A stretch of 64,000 bases of DNA, taken from positions 67,954,001-68,018,000 of the forward strand of contig NC_086108.1 in the NCBI RefSeq assembly GCF_963921235.1, written 5' to 3'. Made by a program: the position numbers and the translations under genes. The notes under the pieces were generated by a model. The model made no database searches and was not told where the DNA came from. It worked only from the letters and a program-made list of their open reading frames with translations. The stretch's first letter is position 1. Each line of letters starts with the position of its first letter. Shown in pieces: positions 24,381-36,820 of this stretch. This stretch comes from Mobula hypostoma. Taxonomy: Eukaryota.

Positions 24381-25999
24381 AAATATTCAGAAACTATTGA
24401 ATTAAAACTTAGAGAGTTATGGAGAAAAGTCAAGTGAATGGGCTTAATTAGATAGCACCCGCAGAGAAAAGGGTAGGCTCTGTGTACAAAAATATTTCAT
24501 TTTCTATATACATTATTCATAATATTTATTGTCACAGTTTACTTCTGAAAATTCTGAAATCATTAATTTTATTAATGCGGTAATCTGAATTGAACTTGAG
24601 GAGTTCAGTTAAAAAGCCTTTGATAAGATCATGCAATTAAATTAATAGGAGCAACAACTATATAATATATTTATCTGGGGCTCTTACCATACAGTAAATA
24701 TTGCTAAATACCAATTTCAATGTGATTAATATATGCCATAGAGCTTCTTATTTAATGTAATAAAATATACATTTACCAATATAGCTACAATCTGAATTGT
24801 ATAACTAAATATTTATTGAAATACCATGAGCAATGCCTTGGGAGGCATGCAGTGTTTGTATAATGACATTTATAATTGTGTGCTGAATTTATGATCAATG
24901 CCTTAAACTGACAGGTGCTAAGTGTGACTCAGAAATCGAGATAGAATTACACGCTTACAACATCTATGATGGAAATACCAAAATATAATGGGCCACTGAT
25001 TTGTTTGGCATAGAAGCTCTGAATGTTTAGCATCTGTTTCTTCAGTGCTACATGGCTCAATCTGCTTCCAGTTTGATTATGAATTGCAAGTGCACATTTA
25101 AGTGTATTTCAATCTATTTTGCACATCACGTAACAGCATAGCATATACATTGAGCATCAAGCTAAGAATATCTGGGCAAACATCAATCCTTGGTCATAAT
25201 CAGATTGATACCAGCCTTGCCAAGTTGCTCAATTAGACATAATGACCTAGTTTGGTGTCGAACAGAAAACAGAGGCACTTGTCCTCATACCCACTGCATA
25301 TCTACAAATATACTATTAAATGGGTTTAATAATGCTTAGGTTAGATGTTGGTTGATTCAACAAAAAACACTGAAGGTGCTAAAAGACATGCTGAAATCGG
25401 GAAGTGCTATAACTGCCAAACCGAAGAACATAACTTGATGGTAAGGAGAAGGGGAAGGCTTGAAGACCAGATCAACCTGCAGAAAATGCAGGAAGAAGCA
25501 TGGAAGGGCTCAGTCCAGGAAGGCCTCATCCTGCTTCCAATTTTCAGTGTATTGCTGCATAAGGGAGGTAAGATGAATTTCTTTACCTGGGTTGAGAACA
25601 AGGTGAGGACCACATAGGATTTTGTGATTATAACAGCTTTCCTCTACTGAAGGAGCTGAAAGATTGATCGTACAATGGATCAACCGATTCAGACATAAGA
25701 ACATAAAAAAAACAAGAGTCGGAGTAGGCCTTTTGGCTCCTAAAGCCTGCTTCACAGTTCATTTCATCACAATTACTTTCTGTCTCAACACTGCCTTCCA
25801 GCTCTACTCCCATATTCCTTGATTCGTTTAATGTCTATCAATCTCCATTTTAACTGATGTTAATGAATGCATTCCACAGTTCTCCACTGAAGCAAATCCT
25901 GAAGTGAAGAAAGTTCCCCTTACCTTGGCCCTAAACACTATACACCTTATTCTCGATTCATGCTCCTTGGTCCTCCATTCCTCGGTCAGGGGAAAAACA

Positions 26000-26192
26000 T
26001 CAGAATACGGTGGAACAACTCAGCAGTCAGCAGCATCTCTGGAGGCAAAAATTGTGAGTTGATGCAGGAACAAGACCCTGCATCAGGACAGAGAAGGAAA
26101 AAGAATGGTAGATTGTAAATAGAAGTTTGAGGTGGGACAGAGGTTGGTAGATGATAGCTGGGATAAGGTGGAGAAAGAATGATGGGCACATG
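26000..26192 (-). mobile_element. Old PLE terminal fragment
   Basis: GGAACAACTCAGCAGTCAGCAGCATCTCTGGAGG...AGACCCTGCATCAGGAC, followed by a purine-rich tract as at 43980-44100. Confidence 0.65.
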
Positions 26193-27502
26193 GAATTACT
26201 ATAATTCCAATCAAATGTCCATCCTCTGATAATTAATAACTAACCCACAAGTTGTTCTCCTAATCATCTACTTCACTCGTATATTAGCTCAAAGTAACCT
26301 GTGCTCATTTGCACATCAACACCACTGTTCAATGCTACCACTTATCGTTATATAAAGCACTGCTATTCTATTATGTTCACCAAAGTCAATAACTTCCTAT
26401 TTTTCATATTCTTGCTCAATTGAAAAGGCATGCCCCTGGAGAAACAAAAATATTAAGGGAAAGAGAACAAGGGTCAAGAAAGTGATCAAGCAACATGTTT
26501 GTATAATGAGACTAAGGAATTCCACTTCTGGTGAGTACCATGAGTGACACCAGTGCCCAGGAAATGAGTGAGTCTATCCTTCTGGTGGAGATATGGTGTG
26601 GCTGAGCAGCATCATTCACAAAATGCACAACAGCAACTTGCCTACTCTTTGGAAAGCAGCTAGAGACCAATAATGAACAGATCCCAAAGACAGCATTCAG
26701 TGGGTTCACTATCATCAGCAAGTCACACTCTATCCTGATTCAAAAATGTATCCCAGTTTCTCTCTTGTGGCTCGGCAGCAAGATTATTTTGAGAGCAACT
26801 TGAGACTATTTCACCACAAACACTATAGAGTCAAGGAAGCTCGCCATCACCTTCTCAGGAGCAATTACATTAAGTAACCCACCGGTAAAGCCTACATCTG
26901 ACATGTGAATAAGCAAAGATAAGCAATCCATATTTCACCAAAGTTCTCTCATTACTTTTCCTCAGTTCCTCACCACCTTAGTGGACAATAACAATACATT
27001 TCCAAATCAGGAAACTGTACCACTTGGAAGGGAACTTGAAGGTTATAATGTTTCCAGGTATTTCCAGCTCTTATCTTTCTAAGTGATGAATGCCTTAGAG
27101 GGTTTGAAGGTGCTGTTCGACTAAGTAGGCAGGTAATTTCATAGATGGTCCATTCTACAGCCACTGGTGTGGAGTGAATGAATATTGAGACTGGTATATG
27201 AAATGCTAATCAAGTAGGTTGCTTTGTGCTGGATAGCTTTGTGCCTATTTCAGTGTTAAAGCTTCACCCATCCAACTAACTGGAGAATATTCCTTCACAG
27301 TACTGACATGTACACTGAGAATGGTAAGAAGATACTAGGTTACCAGAAGTAAGTCACTCACCATGGGGGAGTAAATAAAATCAAGCAGGAGTAAGTCATT
27401 TTGCCACAGAAACCTGCTTTGCCATTTAATAAGATCGTGCTGGACTAAATGAAACCATAATTCTGCATTGCGGCCTACTCACAATAACTTTTCACTCTTT
27501 TT

Positions 27503-27538
27503 TTATCAAGATTCTACTTATCAAGATTCTCTTATCAA
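27503..27538. repeat. Tandem ~15-bp repeat TTATCAAGATTCTAC (2.5 copies) in an old CR1-like 3' remnant
   Basis: ttatcaagattctac-ttatcaagattctc-ttatcaa. Confidence 0.8.
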
Positions 27539-30151
27539 CTCTGCCTTTTAAATATGAAAAGTACCTGCTTCCTCTGTCCTTTGAGAAAGTTTTCTGCATA
27601 TACAATATCTGATTTTCTCTTGTAGCCACAGAACCAATGTTACTAGTTCATTTGAAATTCAAGTCAATAGTTACCCCTCTCCCTCCCGATTTTGGTATTG
27701 GGGAACTTAGCAATGGTAATAATAGTGACTGTCAGATAAATGATTAGGTTTATTCTTGTTATAAATGGTAATTGCCTCTCACTTTTCTGGAAATAGATGC
27801 CACTTACTATTTATCAGCCTATGCTTGAATGTCATCTTGATCATGCTGCATGCAAATATCAATCGGTTCTCTTTCTGAAGAGATGTGAATGGAATTGAAT
27901 ATCAGGCAACTATCAGTGAGTATCCCAGATAAGGGATTTATGATGCAAGTTCATTGATAAAGCAGATGAAGTTGGCCTAAGAAATCACCCTGGAGAAAAC
28001 CAGCAGTGATTGCAAAAGGCGAGAAAAATTTTCCCCCAAAAGGCACGCCAATTCTCCTTTATGTAATGACTCAAGGCATTGGAGTTTTCTCCTTGACCCA
28101 GTGGTTCTACTTTCTCTCAAGCTCCTTGAAATCACATTTGGTACAGGGCAGCTTTGATGTCGAGGGTATTCACTCTCACTCATGTCTGGGAGTCAGTTAA
28201 ATTGAAAAGTACCTTGCTCTTCCACATAAATATCAAGCAGTTGCCTATCTTAGTCTGTTCAAATTCCACGTTGGCTTTGATATGACAGAATATTTATGCA
28301 TATATTCAGAATCTATTCAAATTTTTGCCAACAAGTCATCTGACAAAATAATTTATTTTCCTTCTGAAGGGAGCATAATGCAATAGTAATTTAACCAGTT
28401 TAAATTTATTATTAACAGGATTAATTAACATATTTACATTAATTGCTAAGAATATAAATTTAATTTCTATTTCTACTATCTATGTTATTTTTATTGGATG
28501 AACTGAACAAAAATAATCATTCATTTAACTTAAAAAGGATTGCATTCCAAAGTCATCTTCGTCATCACGACAGCACTGCTTAACAACCTGCAGAATAAAG
28601 TATTTACCTTCACTATTACTAGTAGTTAAATGCAAATAAGTGTCTGCACTCATAAATCTTTATGGACCGGTTAGAATGACTCAATCCTAATCTTGCTGGT
28701 CATCCTCCAACTTTTCATGTCTAGAAAAGTAAATGATAAAATTCATACACCATCACATAATTGAACAAATTTTAAGAAAACATATTTTACGTTGGGCTAG
28801 ATATGAAACTATAGAGTTTCATAGATATTTGGGACTTCCACAAGACTGAAAAAAGAACCGAATGTTGCAGGGGCATTAATACCCATGGTCATGAACAGCA
28901 GCTGTTGGATGATATATTATACTTGTGCAACAGAAATATCCTCAAAATAAAATTGGAGATCAAAATCACAAACTGTATAGTGGCAATAACCCAGTTTATG
29001 ACTTCTTAACTAAGTATTTATCAGTTGAGGTATGATTAAAAGTGTAACATAACTGCAGTGTCAGGTACATCAGTATATTGTGTGCACTAATTGTTGCACA
29101 ATCTGTAGTCCTAAAGAAACATTCAATGAAATGTCATGCATTACTGATATCAAAAACATTTTAATGTTCTTATCTTTGCATCACTTGCTATTTTACTTTC
29201 TTGGCTTTTTGGAGAAGTTGTAACAATCCTTTTGTTCTGATCTTTCCTTTTCACATTATACCTTCATTAGAAGGCCAAATAAAATTTGAGCTATCTCCAA
29301 AAATGGATGTTTTTGCAATTTTTCTGTTTTCTTTCCCTATGTTACAATATGGAATCAGAAGGATTCCAATGGAGATCACATTCCCTTCTGTTTTATTGAG
29401 AACAATGAATTAATGAGAGTAATATTTTTTATTCAGAACCGGTTGCTTATTTCACACATTCGATTTTGAATGATATGATCATCCTTGTGTTGATTGTTAA
29501 CCATGCTATTATGTCTGCATCTAAATGAGAAGGAAGGACAAGTGGAAGGAAACACTAGATGGCTGCAAAGGGTTAAGGACTATTATTTCTAACTGATGGT
29601 TTAATTTCATTTTGAGACGTACTGTATCTTTTGCTTGGGTCCAAGAAATCAATGTAGCATAAATATCAAATAAAGGAAAAAGAAGGAAACCAAGGAATTT
29701 AAATCAGTCATCTTGTTATTGATTCTCTGCAATCGCAGAGCACAGATCATATTAGGGTGAGAACTTTCCTTCTCTCAATGGCATCACATGGGCACTATAC
29801 TGAGAATGGAATAGCTCTTATGTTAAATTCCAGGTTATTAAACTGATTGAATTTAAATTCCTTGGCTGTGGTACTAACATTTACCTCTGTAACTGGACAA
29901 ACAGTCAGGCTTCCCATGCAAGTGCGTGCAAAGAATGAAGTTTTAAACTCCTTGATAGGTGCTTTCTAGTGATTCCCAAAGGTACTTTGACCTTACACAA
30001 TTCATGAGATCCAGTGGTGGATCATTAATGTCCTGTATTTGCCAGGGAAAACACCGGGAAACTCGTGCTCAGCAGCTCTGCCCTTTTCAATCAAGAGCAA
30101 TGGCTCTGAGGAACCAGCTAACTTATATATCTTTTTGTATTGATTGAATTT

Positions 30152-30579
30152 TGTAGCGATCTTCAGATGAGCGGACCCAGGTGTGGAGTAAACTCAGGAC
30201 TCGATAGTAGAAATTAATGATGAAGACTTATTCAGAGAATAATACAAGGAACAATCAAACTAAGAGCTCACTTGCTCGGGATGTGAGCACACAGATGGTA
30301 GTTCACTCAGAACTTGAATCCAGAGCTCAGCGATGAACACTGGTCCGGAATAACTTTATAGAACATAAAACACAGGAAACCTATGTGGGTCAAAATCAAA
30401 ACTTCTCATTCTCACTTAAGAATGAGAAGCATAAGGAAACAATATTCACATAATGAGAATCACAAAAAACGCAGTGGCAGCTTAATGATAAAAGTAGTCA
30501 TTAAGCAACTCTAATAAACTCAAATAGACGATGTACAGGTGCATCATGTCCTGTCGATACCCAGTGCCCCTCGCTGATA
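30152..30579. mobile_element. Possible solo LTR
   Basis: Begins TGTAGCGA and ends TCGCTGATA (imperfect inverted termini); richer in CpG than its flanks; no clear TSD. Confidence 0.35.
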
Positions 30580-31224
30580 GAGTTTATTTAAATGTATTTC
30601 ATTGCCTTTTTTAAAATTGAGAAATATCCATAAAAGGAACTAATATCCATATACAAAAGAAAACTTGCACATCATAAAACCTCTAGTACTGCAGTTGCTA
30701 AACCAGTTACTCATTCAGCCTTTCTGATTCTCATTGACAACATATCTGAATGCTACACAATTATTATCTGCAAAGGAAAATAATTTTACTCACTTGTGTT
30801 ACTCATCAGTGTGCAAAAGTGCAACTTGTTTTATTTATTTTATTTCTGAATTGCCCTATGCCAAATGTACTATTTAGAAAATTGTTCACGTAATAAAACT
30901 GTATTATATGGTAAAATATTGAATGCACTAATAGCCACTCACCACAGTTCCAACCCATTTAATTATGCTGATCTCCATTTCAATCATTTTCAAACCAAGA
31001 AGTGCTGAACATGGATGAAACATCTGATGAAACTTTTCTCTCTTCATTCTCTTACTTAGGACAATGACTTTAGAAGCAGAAATAACTGAAATGGAACATC
31101 AGTCCTAGAGTTCCACAGGGCACAAGGGGGTGGCAAGGCACATCCCAGAACAACTGATCAATGAGATGCTATTTATGTGATTAACTCAGTGCCATCCTAA
31201 AACTCAATTTAATAGATATCAAAT

Positions 31225-31770
31225 TTGGAGTATTGTGAGTAATTTTGTCCTCCTATATAAGGAAGAAAGTGCTGGTGTTGGAGAGGGCCTAGAGGACATT
31301 TATGAGAATGATTCCAGAATGAAAGAGTTAACATATAAGGAGCCTTTAATGGCTCTAGGTCTGTACTCGCTGGAGTTTAGAAGGATGAGGGCTGGATCAC
31401 ATTCAAACTTACCAAATATTGAAAGGCATGGATAGAGTGGACACGGACACTATGTTTCCAGTAGTGGGAGAGGTTAGGACCAGACACTGCCTCAGAATAG
31501 AAGGAAGTGCCTTTAGAACAGAGATGAGGAGGCATTTCCTTAGCCAAAGGGTGGTGAATCTCTGGAATTCATTGCCACAGATATCTGTGGAGGCCAAGTT
31601 ATTGGGTACATTTAAAGCAAAGGTTGATACATTCTTGATTAGTAAGTGTGTCAAAGGATACAGGGAGGGAGCGGGTTGAGAGGGAATAATAAACCAGCCA
31701 TTGATGGAATAGTGGAGCAGACTCAATGGGCCAAATGGCCTGATTCTACTCCTATGTTTTATGGTCTAAT
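31225..31770 (+). mobile_element. CR1 3' fragment
   Basis: LTYKEPLMALGLYSLEFRRMR; FRTEMRRHFLSQRVVNLWNSLP. Confidence 0.9.
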
Positions 31771-31789
31771 TTGCACAATTGTGAGGAGA

Positions 31790-32410
31790 CGATACATGAA
31801 CAGAGGGATCTCAGGGTCCAAATTCGTAGCTCCCTGGTTGATAGAGTGGTTAAGAAGGTATATGGCATGCTTGTCTTTACTAGTCAAGGCATTGAGTTCA
31901 AAAGTCACAGAAGTCACAGCTTTAATGAAACCCAAGTTAGGCTGCATCTGGAGTATTGCGCACAGCTCCCTGGATTAGTGGGAATGTGCTATAACAAGAG
32001 GATGGAAAAACTGCGGAGGCTAGGGAAGATATGATCAAGGTTTATAAGATTATGAGAGGCATATGTGAAGCAGGCAGACAATTTTTTTTTCTAAGGGGTG
32101 AAATGAATAATACCAGAGGGTATGCATTTAAGATGAGGGGAAGTAAGTTTGAAGAAGATGTGAGGGGCAAGTTATTTAACACTGAGTGGTGGGTGCTGGG
32201 AATGCGCTGCCTGGGGTAGGTGATAGAGGAAGAAACGCCAGAAATTTTTAAGAGACATTTAGATAGACACATGAATGTGAGGAATATGAAATGATATGGA
32301 TATTGTGTAAGCAGGAGAGATTAGTTTGGTTAGCCACTTAATTACTAATTCAATGGGTTTGGCACAATACTGTGTGCCAAAGGGACCATTCCTGTTCTGT
32401 TCTATGTTCT
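31790..32410 (+). mobile_element. CR1 3' fragment (second subfamily)
   Basis: EQRDLRVQI..VDRVVKKVYGMLVF; IKVYKIMRGI..TRGYAFKMRG; tail TTCTGTTCTATGTTCT. Confidence 0.88.
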
Positions 32411-33896
32411 AATTGCAGTAGTGAGGATGTGAAGTTGTGGGAGACTGAGGAAGAGAAAAATGAAAATTTCAGGAATATATATATCATATCTAGTTTAAAA
32501 CGAGAATCACATTTTAAATTTAGTTCCCTGTTCAGTAACTGGCTGGTGAGTGTGGGAGTTGAGAGTGGGCAGATGGGATGGTGAAGTTGCTGGAGATGTT
32601 GGTAAACAAAACATAGCAACCATGAGAAAGAGAGGGTGGCAAAAAGGAGATAAAAGTGTCTCCTATATTGACATTTTCCTGTTTCAACATGTCCAGCTTG
32701 GGGCAAATCGTAGTGTTAACTCATCAGATAATTACTGTACTTTCCTAGCTTCCAAACAGTGTGATTAAAAAATACACTTGGCCACCTAACTTGACCGTTG
32801 CAAACTCTACTTAACTGCGATGTTCACCCAGCTCTGGAAAACTAGCCAGCCACAGGGAAATTGGACCCCTAGGAGCACTGAAGTGAAAGGACCCATCACT
32901 TGAGAATACTGCTTAGATAGTCCATGCTTCCTGCCAGTTTACATGTTGCAGCTGAATTCAGAGACACATTTCTTCAGTATTAATTCTGAACTTCCAAAGT
33001 TTCTCAAGCCCATTAGGTGTTCTTATCAATCTCTGTTTTCCCTGAGTTGAAAATACCTTTCTTACTATGATCCTATTACTTCTTCTTGTTCAATGTTCAA
33101 AGCATAATATCATAAAAGCATAGAATAGTGACAGCACAGAAGATGATTTGACATCACAGCCATTAGGACATTGTCCCATATGTCTTTGTGCACTATTCAG
33201 CTTACTAAGCTGATCATATTTCTGGTTTGTTTCCTCCCTCGTTGATGTAAACTGGAGCTTTTGTATGTGTTGTCCAAGGAGACATTGGCACATTTTGTTG
33301 CATTTATGTCCATCAAAATTCACACCCTGCTGACATCAAGTACAGCTTCAGAGCCAAGTTCGAACTGTTCAAGCATTTTCCAAGTCCACAGAGGGTGCCT
33401 AAATTAACAGGAAATGTTTTCAACGTTCAGATGCTGAGATACACATGCCATGAATGTCTCGCTGAGACAAGGCAGGGACTGCAGCAATGTCAACAGCTGC
33501 CACACAGGAGATATTATATCCACAATAGAAACAATGTTATTTGCCCAAAATGGAAACACCAGTGACAAGACGGAAAAGCCTACAGTGCAGTCCATCACAG
33601 GAAAAGCCCTCTCCACCATTAAGCACACCTACAAGAGTAATGACACAAGAAAGCAGCATCCATCATCAAGGACCCCCACCATCCAAATCGTGCTGTCTTC
33701 TTGCTGTTGTGATTGGGTTTGAGGTACAGAAACATATTAGATCCCACAGTACCAAGTGGTTCAGGAAGAATTATTACCTTTCAACCATCAGGCTCCTGAA
33801 CCAACATGGATAAATTCACTCAGCTGAACATTGAACTGATTCCACAACCCATGCACTAATTTTCAAGATCACAAAAACTTGTATCTCCATATCTTT

Positions 33897-34400
33897 TCAT
33901 AGTCATAGTCATAGTCATACTTTATTGATCCTGAGGGAAATTGGGTTCATTACTGTTGCACCAACCAAGAATAGAGTATAAATATAGCAATACAAAACAA
34001 TAATAATTAAATAATAATATGTAAATTATGCCAGAAAATAAGTCCAGGACCAGCCTATTGGCTCAGGGTGTCTGACCCTCCAAGGGAGGAGTTGTAAAGT
34101 TTGATGGCCATACCCAGGAATGACTTCCTATGATGCTCTGTGCTGCATCTCGGTGGAATGAGTCTCTGGCTGAATGTACTCCTGTGCCCAACCAGTACAT
34201 TATGTAGTGGATGGGAGACATTGACCAAGAATGCATGCAACTTGGACAGCATCCTCTTTTCAGACACCACCGTCAGAGAGTCCAGTTCCATCCCCACAAC
34301 ATCACTGGCCTTACGAATGAGTTTGTTGATTCTGTTGGTGTCTGCTACCCTCAGCCTGCTGCCCCAGCACACAACAGCAAACATGATAGCACTGGCCACC
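33897..34400 (-). mobile_element. Rex1/Babar-type LINE 3' fragment with (GACTAT)n tail
   Basis: ORF 34055-34399 ASAIMFAVVCWGS..RINKLIRKASDVVG..SHPLH..RKSFLGMAIKLYNS; CATAGT repeats at 33898-33918. Confidence 0.88.
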
Positions 34401-34404
34401 AGTG

Positions 34405-34444
34405 TTTTGTTTGTTTGTTTGTTTGTTTGTTTATTTAATTATTA

Positions 34445-34476
<32 letters not shown>
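34405..34476. repeat. (TTTG)n plus (ATT)n microsatellite
   Basis: Direct reading. Confidence 0.95.
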
Positions 34477-34477
<1 letters not shown>

Positions 34478-36820
34478 TCCTTTTTGTTATTTGCACAGTT
34501 TAGTTTATTTTTGCACATTGGTTGTTTGTCAATCTTTGTGTTTAGTTTTTTCATTGATTCTATTGTATTTCTTTGTTCTACTCTGGATGCCTGCAAGAAA
34601 ATGAATCTCAGAGTAGTATATGGTGACATATGTACTTTGATAATAAACTTAGATTTGAACTTTTAAAAATGAGGACACAATGGACACAATTCAAAAGTAT
34701 TAGTGTAATCAAAGATAATTTTTAATAGAAAACTAATTAAAATACTAATACAACTATCAAAGTAAAGGTGATGTTGTGAATCCGATGAAAAGATAGAGGA
34801 TTCCACATTTATAGTTGTTCCTGAAATGGTTAGGATTCCAAGGTTACTCTAACTATGATGCAAAAAATTGTTTCCTCAATATGTGTCAGGAAGTGCTTAA
34901 CGAATGCCATTAACTAACTCTTTCATTGTCCCTCTGAAGGCTTGAAATGCAACTGTGGGGAGTGAGGAAGAACAGTAGAGGGAGCGTTTTAGATGATGGT
35001 TGTATGTGTAGCGCGGATGGAATCACAGTTCAAGTAATTAGCAATTGTGAATATGAGTAATTATCAGAGTGAAAGAGCATGGTCCTGTTGACTTAAAGCT
35101 TGCCTAGACAACTTGAAAGTGAGATCATGGAATGTCTTCCAGCATTATCCATGAAGCAGGAATTCTCATTTCTGGAGGATATAGTGAGAGCCACCTACTG
35201 CTAAATCCTCCTAACAGACTTCCTGGCAAATCTCCTGGCACAGGATTTCCTTTCTGACCACTATTGCTTTACCCTAATGACACTGTTGTCACTATGAATG
35301 AACCTTTGTGCTCTCTGCTTTCTATTTTCTCACATCCCATCACCTCGCAGCCTCTCACATCTTTTGGCAGCTGTAGTATGTGGTCTGGCTGCCATGAAGA
35401 CAATGCATTTAAGGTCTGTACTCATCACTGATCATGGCACAGCCATGTGTTTCCAGCTGAGCTAAATTGAGTGTGGTTCCATCTGGAACAGCGCAGATTC
35501 GATTTCATTGTGTGATTCTAGGTGTAAACATATATTCAGCCAATTTCAAGAGTTTTTGTAGGAGATCCAACTGGGCATTAGAACTATGTTTAATGCGCCA
35601 AAAGAGGGAAAGTCCATTTTCAGGCAGTTATCTACAACTTTCTCACTTCTAACCCTTTATTTCTCTAGCCATTATCTTGAATGCTTTATTTCTTTCCCAA
35701 TCTTCCCTGCTACATTCAATAGAGTTTCTTTGCACATACGTTCCTATTTCCTTTATATTGTAATTGTTACTATAAAAATATACCACTTCCTATCTTCTTG
35801 CATTAACTTTCATTTGTTGATCACCCATCCATTCCTTCTACCTGCTTTGAAATACATCCTTAAATTCTTCACTATTCACGATACTTCTAAGTTTTGTGCC
35901 ACCGAAAATTTTGTTATTTTCTCCAATATTTATTACACTGGACAGATATAATCCACAAATTTGTGGTGTATATCCCTGCATGCCTGCACTTACCCAGATC
36001 AGATGCAGATGGCCTATCTCATTGGTCCATCTATCTATAGATAGCAGTGGTGTGGTATAAGTGGCAACTTGGTCACATGAACATCCTGATGGTCAACAGA
36101 ACTAGGGCTGGAGCTTTGACTGCTAAAAAAAATACTCCAACAGTTTGAGGATTTTTCAAATATCTGTGACATTCAAATCCATTTAGAATTATTTAATTGA
36201 TAGAAAGAAAATAATTTAAAACAGAAGTTAACTAGAACACATCAAAACAGAAATATTGTTACGATGGATCTTTGGGGCTCAGACAAAAGTGTTAAAGTTG
36301 CATTCTTTGGTTTCCTCAGGACTTCTCTGCCCCTTTAAACTGCCTGACCATATCTCATATGGCATTTATTATCTTGCTGCAGCACGACTGAGAATTTAAT
36401 GACAGGTAATGGCAAGCTCTAAATTTGCTAGTGAGAATCCCACTGGGAGTCTGTGATGCATATTAAATATGAAACTGGAAGATAATTCCATTAGTATTTA
36501 TGGGGCTAACATTTATGGCTATACATTCACTGCATATGATTCTATTCTACTAGTACCAAGCAGAAAGCCATTATTTTATGCCTCAGGGTAAAAAAGATAA
36601 GAGAAATTCAGATCAGTTTGCTAGCACTAAGTGCCCATGAGAGGATCAGATACTGATTGTACTCCACCCGCAATTTCTGGCTCTATTCAACAGATGCAGG
36701 GATACACAGAAAAGTCAATTTCTAATAAATGAAAAACCATGATGCAGAAACAGTCTCAAAAGACCCCACATGGAGTACTCCTGTTTCTATTTGTTTTGTT
36801 GATTTATAATGCTGTCAATA

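Larger units (their letters stand above)
33540..34665 (+). mobile_element. Rex/Babar-type 3' fragment split by an antisense Rex/Babar insertion
   Basis: QSITGKALSTI..AASIIKDPHHP..RKNYYLSTIRLLNQ (33560-33815); its tail resumes at 34401-34665. Confidence 0.75.

Noticed and set aside
26480..28200. Possible very old LINE (L2/CR1-like) remnants
   Set aside because: Too decayed to assign family or boundaries by eye.
35989..36034. Minus-strand GTAAGT donor preceded by a ~40-nt AG-bounded segment
   Set aside because: Translation does not resemble AGBL4 and the polypyrimidine tract is weak.
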